Source: Octopus sinensis
Taxonomy: Eukaryota
DNA length: 64,000 nt
Direction of reading: 5' to 3'
Assembly (NCBI RefSeq): GCF_006345805.1
Contig: NC_043018.1
Location: forward strand, 5,332,001-5,396,000
Shown: one piece after another, positions 1 through 11,296 of the stretch
Position numbering within the stretch: position 1 is the first letter of the stretch
Layout of the letters: every line of letters begins with the position of its first letter
Program-made: the position numbers and the translations under genes
Notes under the pieces: model-generated
What the model was told of the DNA's origin: nothing
The model's input: the letters and a program-made list of their open reading frames with translations, nothing else
The model's database searches: none

Positions 1-25
1 GCATGTATGTATGTATGTATGCATG

Positions 26-59
<34 letters not shown>

Positions 60-97
60 TGCATGTATGTATGTATGTATGTATGTATGTATGCATG

Positions 98-131
<34 letters not shown>

Positions 132-821
132 TGTATGCATGTATGTATGTATGTATGCATGTATATATGTATGTATGTGTGTGTGTATGTATGTATGTAT
201 GTAGGTAGGTATGGATGGATGGATGGATTATTGAATTTATTTGCTTGCGTATGTGCACACGTAAATGTGTAGTTATATTATGCATCCACGTGTGGGGGAG
301 GGTAGAAAGAGTGAGAGGGAGAGAGAGAGAGAGAGTCGGAGAGTCATCTACCCAGAAAAATATCTGCTCCAATATTTACTGACCGCATTTACTTCCCATA
401 GCCCAGACTCACTACTCGACATTTCAAGATTTTTACCCAGTTCNNNNNNNNNNNNNNNNNNNNNNNNNNNNNNNNNNNNNNNNNNNNNNNNNNNNNNNNN
501 NNNNNNNNNNNNNNNNNNNNNNNNNNNNNNNNNNNNNNNNNNNTGAAAGGTGTTGGTGTTGCTGAGGGTGGTAATAAATGCTGGTGGTGGTGGTGGTGGC
601 AGTGGAGGTGGTGGTGGTGGCAGTGGAGGTGGTGGTGGCAGTGGAGGTGGTGGTCGTGGTCGTGGCTGGTGGCGGTGACGGTGACGCTGTGTTCGTCTCT
701 GCAGTGGTTGAGTCGGTGGCGATGATGACTGTGATGACAGTTGTTGGGGGAGTGGCTAAGTGGTGGTGGCCATGGAAATCGTAACGGAGGTGTTTGTGGA
801 TATTGTGGTGGTGGTGATGAC

Positions 822-864
<43 letters not shown>

Positions 865-1300
865 GCGATGACGATGACGATGGTGGCGATAGTGGATATT
901 TCGATTGTGGTGGTAGCGATTAGTGAGCTTATGTTAGTGATGATGATGAGGGTAGTGATTGTGGGGCGGTGGTGATTGACGGCGGGGGTGCCTGCTGGTG
1001 GTGATGGTGGAGATGATGATGGAGGTGGGAGCGAAGTGGGTGATGGTGCTGTTGTTGAGTTTTCTCTTTAATAAGACGGGTTAGCGTTTGAGTTGAGGGA
1101 GGTTTGTGCACTACTTCTTGTAAGGCTATCGACCACGTGGTGGTGGTCTTAGTAGGGCAACAATGACAAAGTGGAAATGGCGTGGATGGTTGTCAGGGTG
1201 ATGGTATGGCGGTGGTTATTAAGTGATGCTTACCTTCTTTCTTATGACGATGATGATGATGAGGATGCTGTTTGTAGTAGTAGCAGTCGTTGTCATCGTG

Positions 1301-1334
<34 letters not shown>

Positions 1335-1396
1335 AGTGCAAAGTGTGTTTTTTATTGTTTATTCTACGTTTTTTGTTGCTGTTCATCTTATTGCTC

Positions 1397-1449
<53 letters not shown>

Positions 1450-1538
1450 GTTGTCGTCGTTATTGTAGTTATTGTTCCACCAAATTTCAAGCCTTATGCC
1501 TATAGTAGAAAGGATTATTATTATTATTATTATCATCA

Positions 1539-1587
<49 letters not shown>

Positions 1588-1592
1588 CATCA

Positions 1593-1651
<59 letters not shown>

Positions 1652-1800
1652 GGTTAATTGCAAAGTGCTCATATGTTCACGCCACGAAAACCACTACCTT
1701 CAGGCTTTCTTTATCCTAATCACCACACCTTTTCAGATAACAATAAATCCAAACAACAACAACAAGGCACCTACATACTTCTCTCTCTCTCTCTACACAC
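1..1800. repeat. Compound simple-repeat block: (TATG)n, (GA)n, (GGT)n, (GAT)n, (CAT)n, (ATT)n
   Basis: Directly visible. Confidence 0.95.
444..543. other. Assembly gap (100 N)
   Basis: N run. Confidence 1.
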
Positions 1801-2825
1801 ACACAGGCGCACACGCGAGCACACGCACGCACACATAAACGCAAACATACACGCACACGTTGTTTATTATTTCTTTTTTGCTTGGGTGAAGATTTCGTGG
1901 GGAAGGGACCGAACGGCGTTCGGCAGTAGCAGATTTCTTTTCATTTTTTAAATTTCTTTGTTAATTTTTAACTATTTTTTTCTTTCTCTCTTTTTCTCTC
2001 GTTTTCTTTCTTTCTTTCTCTCTCTCTCTCGCTTTCTTTCATTCTTCCTTCCTTTCTTCTTTCTCTCTTTCTCTCTCTCTTTCTTTTCGTAAACTTTTTA
2101 CTTCGCCCTTTTCTTTTAAATCTATTTCTGGAGTCATTTTCCTATCACGTCTTTATTTCCATCGTTTCTGAGATAAATTGATTAAATAAGTATATTTCCC
2201 CCTCTCCTTCTCTCTCTCTCTCTCCCATACACACATCCGCTCTCTCTCTCTCTGTTTTTCTTTCTCTCTCTATCTGCCCCACTCTCTCTCAGCTTTTTCT
2301 TTACTTTTTAGAGCTTTTTCACAATAACAGCACTAACAACAACAATAGCATCAAATTTTGGCATCGTTTTCACCCGTTTCCACACTTTTTTTCACTTTTA
2401 TTTTCCTTTAACCTCTTCTCCTCCTCATCCTACTCTTCTTCTTCTTCTTCTTCTTCTCCTTCTCCTTCTCCTTCTCCTTCTTCTTCTTCTTCTTTTTCTT
2501 CTTCTTCTTCTCCTCCTCCTCCTCTTCCTCTACCCCTAAATCAATTCCTCTCTTTACGCTGGAGTAACTTTCCTCCTCCCACTACCGCCCCTTCCATATT
2601 CTTCTTTATATTCTTTTGCCCACCCCCTCCGTCTCCCCGTATTTTTATCTATGATCATCATCGCAACGCTTTTCGCCTTTCATCTTAGCTTCGTCACAGT
2701 TTTCTATAAATAAAAGTCTTTCTCTGCGTTCTTTCTCGAAATAATTTTGCATTTGTTTTAGCCATTTTATATTTCTACTTTCATTTTTATCTATTCATAT
2801 AGATTATTATAATTATCATGATTTT

Positions 2826-3190
2826 TGGCCGCGAGCCGGCAGAAACGCTAGGACGCCGGGCGAAATGCTTAGCGGCATTTCGTCTGCTGTTACGTTATGA
2901 GTTCAAATACCTCCGAGGTCGACTTTGCCTTTCATCCTTTCGGGGTCGATAAATTAAGTACCAGTTATGCACTGGAGTCGATATAATTGACTTAATCCGT
3001 CTGTCTGTCCTTGTTTGAACCTCTGTGTTTTGCCCCTTGTGGGTAGTAAAGAAATAGGTATTTCGCCCGTCGCTACGTTCTGAGTTCCAATTCCGCGGAT
3101 ATCGACTTTACCTTTCATCCATTCGGGATCGATAAATTAGATACCAGTCAAATACTGAAGTCTATCGACTACCCCTTACCCCAAATTTCA
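2826..3190 (+). mobile_element. tRNA-derived SINE family B (full copy plus tandem partial); other copies at ~30412-30610, 44435-44650, 44720-44900(-), 45730-45940(-), 45990-46130(-), 49938-50140, 60620-60850(-)
   Basis: Recurrent GGCGGTGAGCTGGCAG...GAGTTCAAAT.CC.CCGAGGTC.ACTTTGCCTTTCATCC.TTCGGGGTCGATAAATTAAGTAC block. Confidence 0.8.
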
Positions 3191-3792
3191 GGAGGAGGAA
3201 GAGGAGTAGAAAGACCCATTATCATGATCATCATATCATCTTCATTATTATTAGTAGTAGTTGTAGTATATTCCTATATTGTTTATATCTTGTTTCTAGT
3301 TGTTTGGTCTGTGAGTGTTTATTAACGTATGATATATTATATATATATATATAAAAATATATATATTATATATATATATATAGGGGACCAAATGTGTACG
3401 TATGCTGCTATAGGTATATATATATATTTTTTTTTAAATGGAACAAGAGCGTAACAGGCGACAAAACATCCGGAAAAATAATGCAAAAAAGTACATGAAA
3501 AAACAAGGACGAGTCAGTTGGAGCTTTCTTTCTTCAGTCGAGTTCCAGATCGCCGTTGCAGTTTCGGCCGGTTACATTCGAGACTGCTCTAATCTGGCCT
3601 ACCTAACCCTAAGCTAAAAGATCTAGATTCCTTGGAAGAAAGCAAGCTAATGTATACGAAAACAAGGACGAAAAAGAAAACGGAGAAATGGTAGACAATT
3701 ACAATGAAGAAAGAAAGCTCCGAATGACCCTGTCCTATTTTTCTATAGTCTAACTGTCCGGATGTATTGTTGTCACCTATTACGTTCTTGCT

Positions 3793-3828
<36 letters not shown>

Positions 3829-4076
3829 TTCAAAATGTGACCTCGTGTGTACCGTTGGCGATTTTTTTCCCTCTGTCTTCCCTTCTCTGGATCTTCCTTC
3901 TCCTATGTTTCCTACGAAGAGCTCCGCTCGAAACGTTAAACCCTCCTTCTTACCTTCTTTTCTGAGCGTCCAATAATACTATATTTGTTCCACGTCCTCG
4001 CGTTGTTGTGTTTTTTAGTGCTTTCTTGTTTGGATTAACTATATATATATATATATACATGTGTGTATACACACAC

Positions 4077-4107
<31 letters not shown>

Positions 4108-4375
4108 TGGTAAAAACGGTAAGATAACAAGTGAAAGAAAGAGACCTCAATTTTATGTAAATAGAGGAATTTATCTATAAATATAATATGTGAAAATTTT
4201 TCGGTAGCTAGATAAAACTCTGAGTTTCAGCTACCGAGGTGGAAATCCACGCCACCATCTCTTCAGGTACCTGGCCACACACATATAACCAAAGAGATGG
4301 TGTTGTGGATTCCACCTCGGCATCCGAAAGTTAGAGTTTTGTCTTGGCTACCGAATAATTGTCACATATTATATT

Positions 4376-4422
<47 letters not shown>

Positions 4423-4604
4423 GCGATCCACATATGTCACTGCTGAGGATATCATCAATTTTAAATTGATCTGATTTCAAATCTTAGTGTTTGAATGCTT
4501 TATATATATATGTGTGTGGTGTGTGTATGTGTGTGTGTGTGTGTGTATGCATATATATACATATGTATGCATGCATGTATGTATGTCTATATATATATAT
4601 ATAT

Positions 4605-5015
4605 ATTGTTGTATTTAGGAATGGTCATTTTGCCAGTTTAGCCAATAAAAACACACGCACTATATATTTGGTGTTACTTTGCTGCAGCGTTATTTATTTT
4701 TTACACTAATCTTAATCTTATTTCGGTTAGAGTTCTTTCGTCACACTCCTGCGACCGCATCGGTGGTCCTTTGCTTTCTTCTTTCTTATTTGTGTGTCTC
4801 TCCTTACTAACGGTCAGCCATTTTGTATTTTGTATTTCTATTTTATGTGTCTTTATTTGCGCATGCGTATAACTTTATGTGTGTTCATGTTTAGTTAGTG
4901 TATGTGGGGGGGGGGAAGTGCCTCTTTCTCCTGTTTATATACGTTCGGGTAATTTGTTTTTGTTTGTGTTTTTATTGGCTAAACTTGCAAAATGACCATT
5001 CCTAAATACAACAAT
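4605..5015 (-). mobile_element. PLE 3'-end fragment with an inverted ~50-bp copy of the terminus (fold-back)
   Basis: 4605-~4950 is the reverse complement of ~23085-23424; 4966-5015 is an inverted copy of 4605-4655. Confidence 0.85.
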
Positions 5016-5069
5016 ATATGTTTCAACACACGATTTCACATCAAAAATCTTGCAAAACAAATATATATA

Positions 5070-5115
<46 letters not shown>

Positions 5116-5522
5116 ATATATATATATAATATTAGAAAAAAACACATTTTATCAATTCAAAATGAACAATTAAATTACACCATCTAGAAAATTACATATA
5201 ATAGGAATATTAAAATTAAAATAACAATAAAATGTCAACGATAAGGTAAATTGCAAAAAAATAATAAATTGTTATTTTAATTTTGATATTTCTATTATAT
5301 GTAATTTTCTAAATGGTGTAATTTAATTGTTCACTTTGAATTGATGAAAGGTGTCTTTTCTCTAATTTTACATATATATATATATATTGGCCTGCTCGCT
5401 TAGCCAGCGGGGTGGCGTCATTCAAAGGCTAAAACAATGCGAACGCATTGTGACCAGCGATGTGTAGCAACATCTGATGGTCTGGTCGGTCACGTGATCA
5501 CGTGATATATATATTTATTATA

Positions 5523-5562
<40 letters not shown>

Positions 5563-6643
5563 TGTGTGAAATTTGATTTAGTATTTCTAAATTGAATTTT
5601 GTTTTTCCTTGTAATTTGGATTTTATTCCCTCAAATGATAATTATACATATATATATATATATAAGCAAAACATTCAATCACTGAGATTTGAAATCAGAT
5701 GTCATTACTGTTAATATCATCTGTAGATAAATTTTAAAATTAATGATGTCACCAGCAGTGACGTAGGTGGATCGCAGGCGCAATAGCATTAAATAGCTAT
5801 GAATTATAAATTTGTACGAAGCTTTAGGATGCTTGACAAGCATCCACCTGCTAGAAATAAGTGCTAAAGTCTTAAATTTATCCACCGTACCGCACCAAGA
5901 TAACAAAGAAAAAAAGTATGCGAGGAAAAAAGAAAGGATTAAAGCATTTAACAGCACAAATGAAAATATTATGCAATTAAAGATATCCACATACCAGGTT
6001 TCGGCTTTTGGGTATTTAAGTCCTGAGCCTCGTCAGTGTGGCATTTTAGCATTATCTAAGTACAAAGTAAATGATGTCTAAATAAAATAAGACAGGATGG
6101 TTACGGCTGGGATGTCTTTGATCATAGCGCTACTGGAACTAAATGTAACAAAGATGTCTGTACGTGGTTAGTGAACCTACTTAAAATTTTCCTCACATCG
6201 TAAATTATTGTCTTTAAACAGGCCACAGGAGACAAAGGAACAGAAAACTATCGTTGTATCGGGAGATTAACACAGCTATTTTTGGATAGAAACTCCCTCG
6301 CAATGTACTTCAAATACAAAAACAAAGCAAGGGAAGCAACTCCGATAAGATCAGCTGAATGAAAATTTAGGATAACAGAACCACTGAAGGTTATATCTTG
6401 GGCTTGCACGTTAAGAAAAAATAAACTGGATGATCGAGTCCGGAATGTGGTCGAGTAAAGCCCTTCTCCATCATTGACAACGCTCGACTGGACTATTGGA
6501 ACCAAATGTGTAAATACATGTGCGTTCTTTGGTTTGCTCTTTAACCATAGCTCTAATATAGTTTGTATTGAATTCTCACTGTTTCTGTCTGTTTCTTCCT
6601 CTCTTCCTCTCTCTCTCTCCAAATATGTATATATACATATGTA

Positions 6644-6723
<80 letters not shown>

Positions 6724-6940
6724 CAATATAGGGAGGCAAAAAATTTGTAGAATTTTTTTGCCACCAGCGGCCTAGTGGGAAAAAATTAAATAGTCATAGA
6801 CCATTTTTAGTTCAACATCACAATCAAGGAACCGCCATAATAGGCCATTCACCCACTAGAAATAACAGCCAAAAGCTTCAACCGCAAAATAACATCAATT
6901 CCGTAAAACCAGGAGAAAATTAAAAAACATTTACCCTGTA

Positions 6941-7045
6941 ATTTCTTATACGATGCACCGTTTCATCTACTGTTTATGGTAAACTAACCTGATTAAATTA
7001 ATCAAGCCAATCTACCATAGGCCCTTAGATTCATCAGTAAGAAAT
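6941..7045 (-). ncRNA. Type I hammerhead ribozyme (intact), predicted cleavage between 6949 and 6948
   Basis: Reverse complement of the 7759-7863 motif: plus strand reads atttctta-ta-cgatgcaccg-tttc-atcta...tagat-tcatcag-taagaaat. Confidence 0.88.
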
Positions 7046-7279
7046 AGCCAAGTCGGAACAGATATTTTTCACGAGGCATTCCCGTCCCTGCCTCGGCAAT
7101 ATCTGACCTAAAATTTTCAAATCATCGCACTCGCGCCAAATTTATCGGCAGCAAATAAATATAAGCCGCCGATTCCATTACGGAATTAACCAGAAAATTC
7201 ATAATTAATCAATATAGGGTGGCAAAAAATTTTGTAGAATTTTTTTGCCACCAGTGGGAAAAAATTAAATAGTCATAGA

Positions 7280-7378
7280 CTGATGAATCTAAGGGCCTAT
7301 GGTAGATTGGCTTGATTTAATTTAATCAGGTTAGTTTACCATTAAACAGTAGATGAAACGGTGCATCGTATAAGAAAT
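7280..7378 (+). ncRNA. Hammerhead ribozyme copy lacking the 5' strand of stem I (cut by the fold-back junction)
   Basis: CTGATGA starts at 7280 directly after non-matching TCATAGA; stem II, GAAA, stem III and GUA are intact. Confidence 0.75.
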
Positions 7379-7758
7379 TACAGGGTAAATGTTTTTTAAT
7401 TTTCTCCTGGTTTACGGAATTGATGTTATTTTGCGGTTGAAGCTTTTGGCTGTTATTTCTAGTGGGTGAATGGCCTATTATGGCCGTTCCTTGATTGTTG
7501 TTGAACTTAAAAAATGGTCTATGACTATTTAATTTTTTCCCACTAGGCGCTGGTGGCAAAAAAATTCTACAAAATTTTTTGCCACCCTATATTGATTAAT
7601 TATGAATTTTCTGGTTAATTCCGTAATGGAATCGGCGGCTTATATTATTTGCTGCCGATAAATTTGGCGCGAGTGCGATGATTTGAAAATTTTAGGTCAG
7701 ATATTGCCGAGGCCAGGGACGGGAATGCCTCGTGAAAAATATCTGTTCCGACTTGGCT

Positions 7759-7863
7759 ATTTCTTACTGATGAATCTAAGGGCTATGGTAGATTGCCTTG
7801 ATTTAATTTAATCAGGTTAGTTTACCATTAACAGTAGATGAAACGGTGCATCGTATAAGAAAT
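7759..7863 (+). ncRNA. Type I hammerhead ribozyme (intact), predicted cleavage after GUA at 7855
   Basis: Stem I ATTTCTTA/TAAGAAAT; core CTGATGA (7767-7773); stem II ATCTA/TAGAT with an extended hairpin; GAAA; stem III CGG-TGCA-TCG; then TA. All invariant core nucleotides are present. Confidence 0.9.
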
Positions 7864-8239
7864 TACAGGGTAAATTTTTTATTTTCTCCTGGTTTACGGA
7901 ATTAATGTTATTTTGCGGTTGAAGCTTTTGGCTGTTATTTCTAGTGGGTGAATGGCCTATTATGGCCGTTCCTTGATTGTGATGTTGAACTAAAAATGAT
8001 CTATGACTATTTAATTTTTTCCCACTAGGCCGCTGGTGGCAAAAAAATTCTACAAAATTTTTTGCCACCCTATATTGATTAATTATGAATTTTCTGGTTA
8101 TTCCGTAATGGAATCGGCGGCTTATATTTATTGCTGCCGATAAATTTGGCGCGAGTGCGATGATTTGAAAATTTTAGGTCAGATATTGCCGAGGCAGGGA
8201 CGGGAATGCCTCGTGAAAAATATCTGTTCCGACTTGGCT

Positions 8240-8344
8240 TTTCTTACTGATGAATATAAGGGCCTATGGTAGATTGGCTTGATTAATTTAATCAGGTTAG
8301 TTTACCATTAAACAGTAGATGAAACGGTGCATCGTATAAGAAAT
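8240..8344 (+). ncRNA. Type I hammerhead ribozyme with one stem II mismatch (ATATA/TAGAT)
   Basis: TTTCTTA-CTGATGA-ATATA...TAGAT-GAAA-CGGTGCATCG-TA-TAAGAAA. Confidence 0.8.
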
Positions 8345-8465
8345 TACAGGGTAAATGTTTTTTAATTTTCTCCTGGTTTACGGAATTGATGTTATTTTGC
8401 GGTTGAAGCTTTTGGCTGTTATTTCTAGTGGGTGAATGGCCTATTATGGCCGTTCCTTGATTGTG

Positions 8466-8516
<51 letters not shown>

Positions 8517-8542
8517 TGTATGTATGTATGTATGTATGTATA

Positions 8543-8781
8543 TAGGGTCTCCGTAAAAGTTAATATACAGTTATTTGTAACAAAGAAATATCCTGGTTAA
8601 TCTAAAAAGATTTTCAGAAAATATATGTAATACATCAGAAATTGTCGCAACAATATAGACAATCAATTTCATTTCCTACAGTTTTGATCAATTTTCAAAT
8701 TTTAAGCCATTAGTTTTTAGTAATGCCTATTTCATAGAGTTGTTTTCAGCCTAAATGTATAGTAACTTTACAGACACCATG
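8543..8781. mobile_element. Tc1/mariner-type MITE
   Basis: Imperfect ~28-bp TIRs (AGGGTCTCCGTAAAAGTTAATATACA / TGTATAGTAACTTTACAGACACCATG) in TA context. Confidence 0.45.
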
Positions 8782-8785
8782 TATC

Positions 8786-8854
<69 letters not shown>

Positions 8855-9156
8855 ATGTGTATACATACAACATACTATAAATATATATATATATATATAT
8901 GCATATATGGTTACAGGACGTCATGTACGTATACGTATATATATATATATCTTATGTGTATATATCTATATATATAATATATATATTTATATATATATAT
9001 ATATTATATATATATGTATATATATATGTATATATATATATATATATTATATATATATATATAATAATACATATAAACACATGCAAACACACACTCATAT
9101 ATATAATATATGCATAAATACGCTCACAAACGCACACATAAATCAGCGATTCCCTC

Positions 9157-9192
<36 letters not shown>

Positions 9193-11252
9193 AATCCATC
9201 TTTTCCTCCATCCATTCATTTTAATTCTCTTCGTCTGTGTCCCAATCCATTTCTTCTCCGTTAGTAGAGCCAACACCACCGCTAACACCATCTTAGACAC
9301 CACCACTACCACCACCACCACCACCGCCACCACCACCACCACCACCACAACAACAACAACAGTATGTCGCAGTAACACCCTTTCATGCTAATTTATTATT
9401 GTACCAGGTGTGAACAAATGCCTAGGGTTAAACTATTCTGCACAAATTTACACACCTTACATGTGTGTGCGTAGGTGTATGGTGTGCGTGTGTTTTTGTG
9501 TGCAGGAGTGAGTGCGTAGTATTTAGAGCGCCAGTGATTGTAATTAGTGTGTGTATGTGTGTGCTTCTCTGTGTGTATATGTGCTTCTGTGTGTGTGCGT
9601 GTGTGTGTGTATTTTCGGTGCAGGTTTCCGTCTCGGGCCGCAGGCTATGAACGAGCGGTTAAGAAGTTCAATGCTCACTGATGAAGTCCGGAATTCGATT
9701 TCCTTCATAATATCTTAAACAGTTTTTTTTTTTCTTTACTGTCTCTTTTCTTCACCAGTCGAGGTGTCTGGCCTAGTAGTTCGGGTGTTATAGTCACAAT
9801 TACAAAAGTGAGGCTTCGATTCTCGAGCCCGGCACTACTTTGGGCGCTTGAGTAAGACATTCGGTTTTCGTTGTTCCAATCCGCTCAGTTGTAAATAAGT
9901 CCCAACAAAAGCTGGAAAGTTAACCCCGCGGAGGAGTATCGCATCATTCAGTGGGATGATGGGGTAGTTGTTATCTCTGTCATTTATACGCTATGGAACC
10001 TGCATTAAGCCCCAGCTTTATGAGTCCTGGGACTCATGTCAGACTTAGGTCTGAGTCACCATAGCTTCTGCTGGATTCCAAACTTTTAAGTCAATCTGGG
10101 TTAAGGAAACCATACAGAAAACGTCTGCCTCATTTGTACATCAAAATTAAATATCCAACCTCGCCAAAGATTACCTCAAGTTGATTTGGCTTGAGAATAG
10201 CTTAAGAGTAGAAGAATTTGTGGAATACTAAGCCAGTTGCCTGTTAATTTTATAGTGAGTAGGTAACTGAGTTTATCGAATAACTAAATACATCATCGTG
10301 GTCGAAATCGATGGCAGATGCATTGATGCATCGAATTGGTAGAACACCGAACAGAAAAGCTCCGGTTTCAGTTTCCACCAAGGCGGAGTGAGTCAGAATG
10401 TCTCGCAGAATCAATTTGGAATTTCTGAGGTCAGTGCTCAAATCTTGTCGAGGTCAGATTGGACTTTACAATATCGGGATGCATTGCAGAATTTATGCGG
10501 ACTCTTTGCTTTCTCGGTCCAAATCCCGCCAAGGTTAACGGGAAAGGCATATCTTCGCAAGTTGTATATACACACGTATTTTGTTCATGTATATAAGCGT
10601 GTGTATGCATTTTTATACATATATGTCTTTTGACGTCTTTGTGGTCGGCTAAGAATGATCGACTCTGTAGGATTGTTTGCTCTCCATACACCCAGACAGT
10701 GCACTATCCCTCAAAATCGCGAAATATACACAACTGATAGATTAGCAATGTCAAACTTCGCGCTTAACCAGGTACATCCTTAACCGATTGAGTTAGATTT
10801 TCTCACACTCTTTTTTTCTTAATCCCTCCTTATGTTTAAGTATAATCCTTTCTTCCCTGACAAGTGACTCACATCCAAAACGTCAACATACTCAGTACTC
10901 ATTTTGAGTACGCATATCAAGCGCTCAAGAAACTTTCGCACTCGACATACTTTCTTATTTTTATGGTGTTACCCCCATCTTGATGTTTCCAACAATCTTG
11001 GCTTCATATTGTGTACCGAAACAAGTATTCCTCGATCTTGGCTCGGAACGTTACATCCTCTTTCCTTCCTTTCCTGGGCGTCTGATAATACAGTATTCGT
11101 ACCACGTCCGCGCGTTATTGATTCTTCTTGTTTGTTCTTTGTTTGGATTCACTATATATGAATATATCTCTGTGTGTGTCTGTGTGTCATACATATGAGC
11201 GAGAATCCTTTACATTCGCTGTTCGGGGCATCAATGCATCATACATACAAGC

Positions 11253-11296
<44 letters not shown>

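Larger units (their letters stand above)
6722..8467. mobile_element. Hammerhead-ribozyme tandem array 1 (retrozyme / PLE pLTR-like): ~485-bp unit, about 1.15 units in one orientation then about 2.4 units inverted, between (AT)n tracts
   Basis: Unit repeats directly (CTGATGA cores at 7280, 7767, 8247). 6722-7280 is the reverse complement of the same unit, with the orientation switch at ~7280. The unit has no credible ORF and contains a hammerhead motif. Confidence 0.9.

Noticed and set aside
1-1951. Long ORFs of poly-I/Y/V/D/N and MYVC repeats, here and throughout (e.g. 17430-18342, 36415-36996, 39953-40487, 48926-49618, 54458-55342)
   Set aside because: They are translations of stop-free microsatellites; no domain content or splice context.
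6248-6560. Non-repetitive minus-strand ORF portion (ELWLKSKPK...CVNLPIQR)
   Set aside because: It has only a vague resemblance to a LINE AP-endonuclease and cannot be supported without a search.
7326-8068. Repeated 77-83-aa ORFs (PSGKKLNSHR...LPCNFLYDAPFHLL) inside the tandem unit
   Set aside because: They lie antisense to the ribozyme, differ by frameshifting indels between copies and resemble no protein I recognise; the conserved signal is RNA structure.
6722-8467. CRISPR-like or rDNA/mitochondrial interpretation of the regular repeats
   Set aside because: There are no unique spacers or cas genes and no rRNA or mitochondrial motifs; the context is eukaryotic.
10250-10560. Possible transposase HTH remnant; other faint remnants at 13560-13880 and 42420-42740
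   Set aside because: Too degenerate to assign by eye.
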